This document shows positions 31,665 through 40,833 of a DNA stretch of 64,000 bases, one piece after another. The first letter of the stretch is position 1, and each line of letters begins with the position of its first letter. The DNA is from Candidatus Latescibacterota bacterium (GTDB lineage: Bacteria > Latescibacterota > UBA2968 > GCA-2709665): contig CBDDDZ010000004.1 of assembly GCA_965226795.1 (NCBI GenBank), positions 512,001 to 576,000 of the forward strand, read 5' to 3'. A program made the position numbers and the translations under genes. The notes beneath the pieces were generated by a model. It saw only the letters and a list, made by a program, of their open reading frames with translations. It ran no database searches and had not been told where the DNA came from.

Positions 31665-31930
31665 GAGGCCGACCTGTCGTTGATCCTGAAATGGGACACA
31701 GAACTTTAAAAATACGGGACGACAGGATTTTACGCAACAAAAAACTCCAAAATCAGGCGCTCTTCGGAAGTACGGCGCATGCTGTCGCAACGATGCGCGG
31801 CCGCGAGCCGAAGTACGCCCGGGAGTTGATGTCAATGAGGGGGCGTAAGTTAGGTGAAAGTTCGCCCAGTCGATGGTCCCATGCCTGCGGGACACGCCGA
31901 ATTCCGGATCCGGTGGGACCCGCTAAGTGT

Positions 31931-32596
31931 CTAGGCCAGTCCCGCCAATCCCGCACGCCTCAACGCAGCCACGTTTTCAACCACCTTGCCATCCCGAAAC
32001 GCGGCCGATCCCGCCACAAGCACGTCCGCCCCCGCAGCGATGGCCTGCCCCGCGTTTTCCAACCCGATTCCCCCGTCGATTTCGATCTCCGTAAGCACGC
32101 CCTGACGCACGATCTCCGCCCTCAATCTCCGAACCTTTTCCAGAGACTCCGGCATGAACGCCTGACCGCCAAATCCCGGCTCCACCGACATCACAAGCGC
32201 AAGATCCAGCGACGCCAGCAGGGGAAACAACGCCTCCACGGGTGTTGCCGGCTTCACCGTAGCGCCCGCCCGCATCCCCATCGCCCGGATTTCACGAAGC
32301 AAAGCCGGCAAATCAGCGTTGACCTCGACGTGTACGGTGCAGATGTCGGCCCCGCTATCCGCGAAATCCCTCAGGTACCGGCCCGGATCGGTAATCATGA
32401 GATGCACATCCAGTGTCAACGCCGTCCTTTTACGAATGGCTTCCACGACCATTGCACCGAACGTGATATTCGGCACGAAATGACCGTCCATCACATCCAG
32501 ATGAATATACTCCGCACCTGCTGCTTCCACCGCCCGAATCTCGCGTTCCAGCACGGCGAAATCCGCAGCCAGAAAAGACGGAGCGATTTTAATCAA
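31931..32596 (-). CDS. rpe: Ribulose-phosphate 3-epimerase
   Basis: IAPSFLAADF, HLDVMDGHFVPN, MSVEPGFGGQ, IDGGI; TTG start after GGAGG. Confidence 0.96.
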   Translation of the reverse strand: MIKIAPSFLAADFAVLEREIRAVEAAGAEYIHLDVMDGHFVPNITFGAMVVEAIRKRTALTLDVHLMITDPGRYLRDFADSGADICTVHVEVNADLPALLREIRAMGMRAGATVKPATPVEALFPLLASLDLALVMSVEPGFGGQAFMPESLEKVRRLRAEIVRQGVLTEIEIDGGIGLENAGQAIAAGADVLVAGSAAFRDGKVVENVAALRRAGLAGLA

Positions 32597-32670
32597 AAAA
32601 AACCTCCAGTTCTCGGATACGGGGGTTCGGGGGTTGAACGCGTAAACCAACTTGCGACGATGACCGACCG

Positions 32671-33408
32671 TTACAACTTGCTCACCACCAGTCGCACACG
32701 CGTCCCCTGCTTCACCTCTTCCCCGGAATCGGGCACATGCCGGATCACCACGTTCAATAGATGCTGGGTGCTGAATTCGTATCGGATATCCCGCAACTGG
32801 AGCCCGGCTTTTTCCAGCTCCGACCGTGCCGTCTCAAGCGGTTTGCCGACCAGATTCGGCATCGGGACCATCTCTCCCGGAGGCCCGTTACTTACCGTTA
32901 CCAATATCGGCGTTCCAACCTGTACCCGTTGACCCGGGAGGGGATCCTGGCTGATAATCAACCCTTCCTTGACGGTTGGAGACGCATCCTCCAGAGTATC
33001 TCCCATGGCCAGGCCGGTCTGTGCAATCCACACCTGCGCCTGACGAAGTGACTTCTCCCGAAGGTCCGGCACTTCGTACAGGCGGGTCCCGCGACTGGGC
33101 ACCGCATATACCGTCCGGTTGATTTTCACATGCGAATACGCAGGCGGGTTCTGCTGTACCAGCCTGCCTTCGGCAATCGATGCGTCCCATCGGGGCTGCT
33201 GAAGCTTCAGCTTAAGACCCCGTTGAGACAGCGCCTGGCCGGCTTCTTGGTGTGTCAGATCGACGATATCGGGTACCTCTACCCGCTGGCCGGCCCTTAC
33301 CAGACGAGGCATGATGAATCGATTGAGCAAGATCAGCGCCACAGTACCGGTGATCACCGCACAGCCTGCGAATAGCACCACCTCTCGCAGAGCCCTTTTG
33401 GCCATCAT
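32671..33408 (-). CDS. Membrane-anchored PASTA domain protein (three PASTA repeats)
   Basis: N-terminal TM; VPDIVDL, VPDLREKS and MPNLVGKP repeats; upstream of rpe. Confidence 0.88.
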   Translation of the reverse strand: MMAKRALREVVLFAGCAVITGTVALILLNRFIMPRLVRAGQRVEVPDIVDLTHQEAGQALSQRGLKLKLQQPRWDASIAEGRLVQQNPPAYSHVKINRTVYAVPSRGTRLYEVPDLREKSLRQAQVWIAQTGLAMGDTLEDASPTVKEGLIISQDPLPGQRVQVGTPILVTVSNGPPGEMVPMPNLVGKPLETARSELEKAGLQLRDIRYEFSTQHLLNVVIRHVPDSGEEVKQGTRVRLVVSKL

Positions 33409-33485
33409 TCTGATAACCCACCTCTTTCAAAGTAAAAACCGCGCTCGGCGTGGGGGTTTGAACCCTCCGGTCAGTGTCCGACTCA

Positions 33486-33514
33486 AAAATAGGACAACAT
33501 CCCCCCGGTGTCAA
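33486..33514 (-). promoter_or_regulatory. Sigma70-like promoter for PASTA-rpe
   Basis: Minus strand TTGACA-N17-TATTTT. Confidence 0.55.
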
Positions 33515-33526
33515 GATCACACCCCC

Positions 33527-33583
33527 TTCAACGTCCCAGCGTCAAGGAAACCCGGTGTGACAACCCCAACACCGTGTGGTACA
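33527..33583. repeat. 57-bp direct repeat, left copy (att-like; duplicate of the 3' end of the gene ending at 38224)
   Basis: 54/57 identical to 38223-38279. Confidence 0.9.
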
Positions 33584-33826
33584 AAGTTCATCGGGCAGGT
33601 TCAGGTCAGGGCACGCAAATAACTTCGCCTCGGATCCGCCTTGACCTTAGTGTCCAGTTCACGGTACCTTGACTTGCAGATTGGAGTTGGTCTCGCCCCG
33701 GAATTCATCCCAGACCGCCTTAGAGGATCCAAGGGACGGCGCACTCCCGCACTGAGGCTGGAGCGCAGTGGCTGCCGGCGTACCAACGGCCGACGGTTCT
33801 GTTGAAAGGAGAGAGGTTACGGGCCA

Positions 33827-35698
33827 ATGATGAACGTGTGGAGCATCCTAACTGTTGTGCAGGCTCGGGTCCGGGTGGTCGTTCTTCTTTCCGTTCTGGC
33901 CTGGTGCGCCGGGATCACATCCGCGTTCGGCAACCTGCCGCGTCATTCCGCCGACGCCAGCAACGAGGCTTCTATCCTTTACTCGACGCCAGAGCGCGTC
34001 GCGCGGGAGATCCTGATCCATGTGGCTCCCGGTGTCATGGGGTTTCCTCCCGGCAAGGTCGCCGCAGCGTGGCACGAAATCAAGTACATTGAGCGGACGT
34101 TACGCGAATGGCTTGACAGATACGGACCGGAAGTCGTGCTCATCGCTTTTCCAGACTTCGACCCGTTAACCGACCCCGCGATGATGTCGCGTCTGGGGTA
34201 TGAGCTTACCGTCATGGATTTCAGCAGGATATACAAGGTGCGGTTCCCTCCCGGTGCGGATCGCAGCGCCATCTCCGCGGATATGGCGGATCTCCCTGGT
34301 GTCCTTTTTGCAGTGCCCAATCCGCTTGGCGTCCTGGATCCGGGCTCTTCCGGAGGCGGGCGTGCGGACATCGGAAGCGCGACAGCCAGTGATTTTGACG
34401 GCGACGGGGTGGTGGGCTTCACCGATTTCCTGGTGTTCGTGACTGCGTTTGGCAAGACGTCGGACAGCGAGGGCTTTGACACCCGGTTCGATCTGGACGG
34501 TGATGGTGCGATCGGCTTCGGCGATTTCCTGGCGTTTTCCAGTAACTTCGGCAAGGTGGTCGGCGTGAGCGGCGAGGGCATCTGCGGGCGTACGCCGCGG
34601 GTGCGTAACGGGATCCTGAGGGTGCTCCCGGACGTGGACGACTGTGCGCTGGTGACGCTGGAGCACCAGGCGACCATAGAGAGCCTGTCGCTGTTCGGTC
34701 AGGGTATCGAGGCGTTGCGGGAAGGAGACTTCGCCGGTCTTTCTAATCTGAGGGGGTTGGAGCTTTCCAACAACAGGCTCACGACGCTGCCTGAACGCAT
34801 CTTCGCGGGCCTGGACAGCCTGCGGGTCCTGGAACTGCGCCAGAACAGGCTGGCCACACTGCCCATCGACGTGTTTTCCAAGTTACACAAGCTCAAGGGC
34901 CTCGCCCTTTCCTACAACAATCTGGGTACGCTGCCGCACGGACCCTACCGCTCGGTCTTAACCCGTGGGATCTTTACCGATCTTCGCGATCTGGATCGGA
35001 TAGAGTTGCAAGACAGTGGCTTGACCTCGCTGCCGAAATGGGCTTTCGTCGGTCAGGACGACCTGCGCAGCCTCATATTGGGCGACAACAAGCTAAGCGC
35101 GCTGCCCGATGGTGCATTCCGTTATCTGAGTGATTTACAACGTCTCGATTTGAGCGGCAATAACCTGACCACCCTTTCGAAGGCCGCGTTCTCGTCTCTG
35201 AGAAACCTGAGTATACTGGACCTTAGCGATAACCCGGGCGTACCCTTTACCTTGACTTTGAGCCTGGAACGCACAGACTTTTCCGACACGACGTCACAGG
35301 GCCTCGCCGCCATAGTGGTCAAGGTGGACCAAGGCGCACCGTTTGAGATGCCCGTTAAGCTGTCGGCGCACGGTGGTACCCTGACAACCGAGACCGCGAC
35401 TGTCTGGAGGGGATCCACAACCAGTGAATCGCTTGTGGCCACACAACGTGGGGAGGAACCCGTCACGGTCAGTTTTGGGCCAGCTCCCGAGATACCCGTC
35501 AGGGGCGAGCGCCGGATCTATACGGACGCTGGAGATATCCCTCCCAACGATACGGGCAAGCGGGAGATGCGCCTTGCCTATAGGGGTATCCAGATCGCAA
35601 CCGGGTCGCCGCTTGTATTATCGGCGCCGTCCGCCAGCCCCTATCATCGGCTGTTCAAGATCCCCGTCGACAGCGTGGCGGTAGCGTCTCCGGTGTAG
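33827..35698 (+). CDS. Secreted leucine-rich-repeat protein with dockerin/EF-hand-like duplicated motif
   Basis: Hydrophobic N-terminus; DFDGDGVVGFTDF...DLDGDGAIGFGDF; typical-class LRRs (LSNLRGLELSNNRLTTLPERIFAG) after an ICGRTPRVR...DC cap. Confidence 0.85.
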   Translation: MMNVWSILTVVQARVRVVVLLSVLAWCAGITSAFGNLPRHSADASNEASILYSTPERVAREILIHVAPGVMGFPPGKVAAAWHEIKYIERTLREWLDRYGPEVVLIAFPDFDPLTDPAMMSRLGYELTVMDFSRIYKVRFPPGADRSAISADMADLPGVLFAVPNPLGVLDPGSSGGGRADIGSATASDFDGDGVVGFTDFLVFVTAFGKTSDSEGFDTRFDLDGDGAIGFGDFLAFSSNFGKVVGVSGEGICGRTPRVRNGILRVLPDVDDCALVTLEHQATIESLSLFGQGIEALREGDFAGLSNLRGLELSNNRLTTLPERIFAGLDSLRVLELRQNRLATLPIDVFSKLHKLKGLALSYNNLGTLPHGPYRSVLTRGIFTDLRDLDRIELQDSGLTSLPKWAFVGQDDLRSLILGDNKLSALPDGAFRYLSDLQRLDLSGNNLTTLSKAAFSSLRNLSILDLSDNPGVPFTLTLSLERTDFSDTTSQGLAAIVVKVDQGAPFEMPVKLSAHGGTLTTETATVWRGSTTSESLVATQRGEEPVTVSFGPAPEIPVRGERRIYTDAGDIPPNDTGKREMRLAYRGIQIATGSPLVLSAPSASPYHRLFKIPVDSVAVASPV

Positions 35699-35740
35699 CA
35701 ATTTCGCGACCACGGGAGGGGGCATGTATCCCGTTACCTG

Positions 35741-36046
35741 GTGCCGACGACATCTCCCTTGGCAGCTACGGATACGATGCGTGTTCAATTCTACGCTGGT
35801 ATCGGTGGGGATCTATGTTCCTGGTTTTCCCACTTTGACACAACACGAGTGGATTCAGGATACAACGTGAGGCTTTGGGGAATGAGGGATGACCGTCCGG
35901 ACATAGCCTGTCTTTTTATGGTGGCCGAAATGAGGGGATATCCTCCACTAGTGTTCTATCCACCTCTTCGGATTGGCACCTGGTCCTTCTTCGTGCGTCA
36001 GCCGAACGGCGCCGTCCTAAGAAGGGAGGTCGTCGTTCGAAGGTGA
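35741..36046 (+). CDS. Hypothetical small beta-rich protein or fragment (same frame as the preceding LRR gene)
   Basis: 101-aa ORF with two Cys; no convincing start or signal peptide. Confidence 0.4.
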   Translation: MPTTSPLAATDTMRVQFYAGIGGDLCSWFSHFDTTRVDSGYNVRLWGMRDDRPDIACLFMVAEMRGYPPLVFYPPLRIGTWSFFVRQPNGAVLRREVVVRR

Positions 36047-36205
36047 GCGCCAAGGATCATTGGGAAGCTTGCGACTTGCCGGTATATCCTCTAACCTTAA
36101 TTGGTCAAGGATGCAGGGCGGCGATATGGTGTGGCGTGCCGTGTTTTTAAGCCTGGGTGCGCGGGCATCTTGCCCGCGCTGATCGTCCATACGTGGAAGA
36201 GTGCA

Positions 36206-37876
36206 ATGAGACCTGCTATCTCGATCCTGTCTTGCGTCTTTGTAGTACTGGCGTCTGCAGATCCTATGACCACGTTAATTGAAACGGCCACTTCCCGGGA
36301 AACCCCCTCTTCGTCAAACAGATTTCCAGGTGATTTCGATGGGGACTTTGATGTCGACTTTGCCGATTTTTTGGCTTTCGCCGCCGTTTTCGGGTTATCG
36401 TCATCGGATGATGGATATAACGTCAATATGGACATGGACGGTAGCGGCACTATTGACTTCGGCGATTTTGTAGCTCTCGCCAATGTCTTCGGGACAACAT
36501 ACCCATCGCATTCGCTGGCGACAGACCGGGAGGCGCTGGTCGCCCTCTACAATGCGACTGATGGACCTAATTGGAGGCGTCAGGCAAACTGGCTCACCGA
36601 CAAAGACGTGTCGACATGGGAAGGTGTAACAGTTACTGACGATAGGGTCACAGATCTGCATCTTGGGGGGAATAACCTGAATGGTGCGCTGCCTCCCGCG
36701 TTGGCGGGACTATCCAATCTCCAGTCGCTGATTCTTTCCGAAAATGCGCTGACCGGGTTTATTCCGTCCGAATTGGGCAATCTATCCAACTTGGGTTATT
36801 TGGAGTTAAGTTCGAATCTATTGAGCGGACGGATCCCGCACGAATTGGGCAATCTATCCGAGATGTTTTGGTTGAAACTAAGCCGGAATCTGTTGAGCGG
36901 CCGGGTTCCACCGGAACTTGGCCGTCTCGTCAATCTCTTTGCGTTAGAGATAGACGCAAACTACAACCTGTCGGGCCAACTTCCACGCAGCCTCACACGG
37001 CTACCAGAGGTAGAGATATTTTCCTTTACCAACACTCGGGTATGTGCGCCGCGCTATCGTGCGTTTCAGGAGTGGCTTTTAGACATTCCAGATCATTCTG
37101 GCTTGCGTTGCCCTTCTCCAGGTGGGTCGTTGGCAACCGATCGAGAAGCGCTTGTGACGTTGTATCACGCAACCGGCGGGCCCAACTGGAACGACCAGAC
37201 AAATTGGCTCACTGACAAAGACCCTTCGACGTGGCACGGCATTACAGTTTTCGACGGCCGTGTGGCGCAAGTGCAGCTTCACCAGAACAACCTGAGGGGA
37301 ACGCTCTCTGCCTCGCTTGGAAACCTGACCGGTATCGAGCCTTTGCGGCTTTGGGGCAATGAGCTTACCGGCTCGATCGCGCCTGAGTTGGGCAACCTTG
37401 TCAACCTCGGAAGTCTGGCGTTGCACGACAACAAGCTCAGTGGGATTATTACCCCGGAACTGGGCAAGCTCGTTAACCTGACGATCCTATCACTTTCCGG
37501 AAACGCATTAACCGGACCGATCCCCCCCGACCTGGGAAACCTGATTCACCTTGATGAACTATCGCTCCATACGAATCAACTGAGCGGGACGATACCCGCC
37601 GAATTGGGCCGGTTGATGTACATCGTACGGATGAATCTATCGGGAAATGGGCTTGAAGGATCAATCCCGACCGATTTCGGAAAGCTCTCCGACCTGACGA
37701 CGCTGCAGGTTCACGACAATACAAACCTTACCGGAGCCCTTCCACTAAGCTTCACCATGCTCCCGTACCTGGACGAATTCTACTTCCATAACACCGGGCT
37801 ATGTGCGCCAGCAGATATCGCTTTCCAGATGTGGCTTCAGGGTGTTAGCCAATGGAATGGTGGCAGCTGCGAATAA
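36206..37876 (+). CDS. Secreted plant-type LRR protein with dockerin-like motif and two tandem LRR modules
   Basis: Signal peptide MRPAISILSC...; DFDGDFDVDFADF/DMDGSGTIDFGDF; two copies of SLATDREALV.LY.AT.GPNW..Q.NWLTDKD.STW.G; LxGxIPxELGNL repeats. Confidence 0.88.
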   Translation: MRPAISILSCVFVVLASADPMTTLIETATSRETPSSSNRFPGDFDGDFDVDFADFLAFAAVFGLSSSDDGYNVNMDMDGSGTIDFGDFVALANVFGTTYPSHSLATDREALVALYNATDGPNWRRQANWLTDKDVSTWEGVTVTDDRVTDLHLGGNNLNGALPPALAGLSNLQSLILSENALTGFIPSELGNLSNLGYLELSSNLLSGRIPHELGNLSEMFWLKLSRNLLSGRVPPELGRLVNLFALEIDANYNLSGQLPRSLTRLPEVEIFSFTNTRVCAPRYRAFQEWLLDIPDHSGLRCPSPGGSLATDREALVTLYHATGGPNWNDQTNWLTDKDPSTWHGITVFDGRVAQVQLHQNNLRGTLSASLGNLTGIEPLRLWGNELTGSIAPELGNLVNLGSLALHDNKLSGIITPELGKLVNLTILSLSGNALTGPIPPDLGNLIHLDELSLHTNQLSGTIPAELGRLMYIVRMNLSGNGLEGSIPTDFGKLSDLTTLQVHDNTNLTGALPLSFTMLPYLDEFYFHNTGLCAPADIAFQMWLQGVSQWNGGSCE

Positions 37877-38222
37877 TCTGACGGCCAAGTGCCCGGGAGT
37901 GATTCGTGGCTTATAACGGCCCTACATGCCGTTATATAGTGAGACAACTTTCTCTCCGAGTTTAATGCAGTATATTGGGCGGAGAAGTCGACAGCTCACG
38001 AGGGCGATTTGCGTTGCGGCGGCCTGCGGTTCGGACATCCATCAAGTTGCCAACACCGTTTCTATTTATCACAGATACACCTGTATAGAATTGGACACTT
38101 TAGAGGGGGTTATGTGTCGATCGGGGCAGCATGGAATGCTCCTTTTCAGATTTATTGAAGCGGGTGTGCAGGCAGTCCTGCGAATGTGTGATGTCCGTTG
38201 GAGGTGCCAAAATTGCGCGCGT

Positions 38223-38279
38223 TTCAACGTCCCAGCGTCAGCGAGACCCGGTGTGACAACCCCAACACCGTGTGGTACA
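38223..38279. repeat. 57-bp direct repeat, right copy (current 3' end of the PorV-like gene)
   Basis: Encodes YHTVLGLSHRVSLTLGR* on the minus strand. Confidence 0.9.
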
Positions 38280-39054
38280 GGGTCGCGTAGTCGATCCGGA
38301 AGCCCCTGTGAATCACACCGGCCCCCATCGACAATCGCTCCGCCCGACCCCCGGCCCCAAGCCGCAACATGACCCGGCGAGCGAAGCTGTATTCCATGCC
38401 CGCGCTTACCCCGGTTCGCCGGCCGGCCTCCTTGCGAACATCCAGCAGCAGTGCCAGATTCGGTACGACCTCGAACCCCACGCCCGCCATACCTCCCTGA
38501 CCCAGCACGTCAACCGACTGCCCGCCGGCATTCCAGGCCGAGAGCCCCAGCATCACCTGCGGACCAAGTACGATCCTCGCGCCCAGGTCAAATGCCGTCC
38601 ACGCACGTTTCGCGCCTCTCGCGATCGACAAACGCATGTGTCGAATCCTCAGCCCGAGACCCAGCCGGGATGCGACTCGAAGGCCAAATGTAACCCCGGC
38701 TGTCCGCTCCCGATAAAGGCTGAAGCCGTACTCCCGGTATCCCACACCGACTGCCGCCCTGCCCGTAGACGCAACTGTCCCGATCGCATGGGCATCTAAC
38801 ACGGCCATGCCGAACGGCCGCTCATATCCTACCGTTATGCTGACGCCCTCGCCCCATGTTACCGCGCCCGCATTCCAGAAGACTGCGTCTACGCCCGCCG
38901 CCCAGCCCACAAAGGTGTCTCCCAATCCGCCGGCACGGGCGCCCACGGGATGAAACTCGAAAGCGGCGGTGGCTGGAAAGGGAGCCACCAAAACACACAA
39001 CAATCCGAACCAACTCACGACAGTGGTCAACGCCGGGAGGAGTCGGTGCGACAC
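38224..39054 (-). CDS. PorV/FadL-like outer-membrane beta-barrel protein (start uncertain)
   Basis: Signal peptide ending ATA-AFE; VGARAGGLG...AVFWNAGA N-terminal motif; amphipathic strands; LGLSHRVSL C-terminus. Confidence 0.65.
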   Translation of the reverse strand: MSHRLLPALTTVVSWFGLLCVLVAPFPATAAFEFHPVGARAGGLGDTFVGWAAGVDAVFWNAGAVTWGEGVSITVGYERPFGMAVLDAHAIGTVASTGRAAVGVGYREYGFSLYRERTAGVTFGLRVASRLGLGLRIRHMRLSIARGAKRAWTAFDLGARIVLGPQVMLGLSAWNAGGQSVDVLGQGGMAGVGFEVVPNLALLLDVRKEAGRRTGVSAGMEYSFARRVMLRLGAGGRAERLSMGAGVIHRGFRIDYATLYHTVLGLSHRVSLTLGR

Positions 39055-39523
39055 ACCACGACAATGGCCGTACTTCAGGGGCCCGGCGTATCCCCTGACT
39101 ACGAACCGGCGTCGTTCCCCTTCACTGTAGGGGACACACCGGCGGGTTTGTTTCCACGGAAATTCCATCCTTTCCTCCATCTCGGGCAGAACCACCAATA
39201 AGCGCGAAACCCGACCGGCGCCGTAAAATACAAGCACCACTGGAGCCCGTCATTCGAGGCACCGGATCCGCGAGCTTTTTAGCGGGTTGATTCAAGACCT
39301 GTTGGTCACCGTGCCGGGCAACCACTGTTTCCTTTTCACTGCGTGGCGATATCTTCGCTACAACTTCTGTGCCAATCATTTCCCATATTTCTGTCCGTCC
39401 GCCTATCTAGTTGATTCTTCTATTGTTGGAACGGTACTCACCAGGTCTGTAGTCTCTCAAAGATCCTGGTTCCGTCATGCCGAATTAGACAGTCCACCTT
39501 CAAATTGCAGCATGAAGAAGGAC

Positions 39524-39551
39524 AAAAAAAACCGCGGGTGCTCACCCGCGG
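39524..39551 (-). terminator. Intrinsic terminator
   Basis: Minus strand CCGCGGGT-GAGC-ACCCGCGG followed by T8. Confidence 0.75.
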
Positions 39552-39720
39552 ACAAATTGGACATAGACCAAACCTAACGGCAACGTTATATTGCGTCACT
39601 CAGGTGGAACAGAACGGACCTCTCCCACGTACCAGTACATGGAACTCAGGCCAAAGGTTTCAGAATTTTTCGTGTTGCACCACGGTGCACGACGGTTTGA
39701 ACAGCTTTCCAGGCTCCGCC

Positions 39721-40707
39721 ATGCATGACCCGCCGGAAAATCAAGGCTGGATCTATCACAACCTCGTACAGAGCGATGCATCTGGACAAACGGTACTTCA
39801 GTTCTATCTCCGACGATATCCTCATTCCTCCAGGGAAGTGTGGCTGGAACGGATCCTATCCGGCGCAGTACGGCTGAATGGCAACCCCACCACGCAGGAT
39901 ACACCGCTTGCTTCGGGCCAGCGGCTCACTTACCACCGAAGGCCCTGGCGTGAGCCCGACGCTCCCTGTTCGTTTGCGCTGCTCTACGAGGATGAGCACC
40001 TTATCGCCGTAGCCAAACCCGCCGGCCTCCCCGTATTGCCCGGCGGCCATCATCTCCGCAACACGCTGCTCGCCCGCATCCGCGAGCACTACCCGGAAAC
40101 CCCGGGCCCCGCGCCCCTGCATCGACTTGGGCGGGGAACCTCCGGCATCGTTCTGTTCGCCCGATCCGAATCGGCAAGACGGATCCTTTCCGAGGATTTC
40201 CGAAACCGGCGGATATGCAAGATATACCGCACACTCGTCGCCGGCACGGACATGACCGATCGGTTTGCGGTGGATGTTCCCATCGGTCGGATTCCCTATT
40301 CGCCAACCCGGTACCTGTACGCGGCAACGAGCGACGGTAAACCGGCCAGAACGGAATGCCGGGTGCTCAACCGCAATCCCGACAACAATCGGAGCCTGAT
40401 TCGTGTCAATCTCGTCACCGGCCGCGCCCATCAGATCCGGATTCACCTTGCTGTTGCCGGACATCCCCTGATTGACGACCCTCTGTATCGTGCCGGTGGC
40501 CTGCCCGTCGTTACACCCACTGGAGATCGTGCTCCGCTCCCCGGTGACGTCGGATACCACCTTCACGCGCATCAACTCCACTTTACCCACCCGGCCACAC
40601 GTCGCACTGTAGACCTCACGTGCCCGCCGCCTCCAATCCTCCGCACACCCGAGGAGATTGCCGAAATTCGGCCGGCGAGTCGCCCGGCTCGCAAGGCGCC
40701 TGAGTGA
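39721..40707 (+). CDS. RluA/RluD family pseudouridine synthase
   Basis: S4-like N-terminus; KPAGLP, LHRLGRGTSG (Gly at the usual HRLD Asp), TGRAHQIRIH, DPLY, HLHAHQL. Confidence 0.85.
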   Translation: MHDPPENQGWIYHNLVQSDASGQTVLQFYLRRYPHSSREVWLERILSGAVRLNGNPTTQDTPLASGQRLTYHRRPWREPDAPCSFALLYEDEHLIAVAKPAGLPVLPGGHHLRNTLLARIREHYPETPGPAPLHRLGRGTSGIVLFARSESARRILSEDFRNRRICKIYRTLVAGTDMTDRFAVDVPIGRIPYSPTRYLYAATSDGKPARTECRVLNRNPDNNRSLIRVNLVTGRAHQIRIHLAVAGHPLIDDPLYRAGGLPVVTPTGDRAPLPGDVGYHLHAHQLHFTHPATRRTVDLTCPPPPILRTPEEIAEIRPASRPARKAPE

Positions 40708-40833
40708 GTCGACCTGCGGAAGGTCGGAAAGCGAAGGCACTTCGACAAGCTCAGTGCGAGCAACGCAAGCAACGCGGCGGGACGGGATGAATCGGCGGAA
40801 GTATGGTGACATATTTCCGGGAAAGGTCGCTAG
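40655..40833. mobile_element. MITE-like repeat, copy 3 (left end missing)
   Basis: AGATTGCCGAAATTCGGCCGGCGAGTCGCCCGGCTCGCA ... GCACTTCGACAAGCTCAG ... GGGATGAA ... ATGGTGACATATTTCCGGGA...CTAG, matching copies 1 and 2. Confidence 0.75.

Larger units (their letters stand above)
33527..38279. mobile_element. Small genomic island integrated in the 3' end of a protein-coding gene; LRR cargo, no integrase
   Basis: Bounded by the 57-bp direct repeat; cargo on the opposite strand to both flanking genes; part of the cargo is visibly more AT-rich. Confidence 0.7.

Noticed and set aside
23422..35698. TAG recoding or readthrough (in-frame TAGs at 23422 and 35696)
   Set aside because: Core genes such as rplS, uppS and dxr end normally at TAG; decay explains these two cases more simply.
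33527..38279. Diversity-generating retroelement (template and variable repeat at a gene 3' end)
   Set aside because: The three mismatches are not adenine-specific on the coding strand, all are synonymous, and no reverse transcriptase is in the window.
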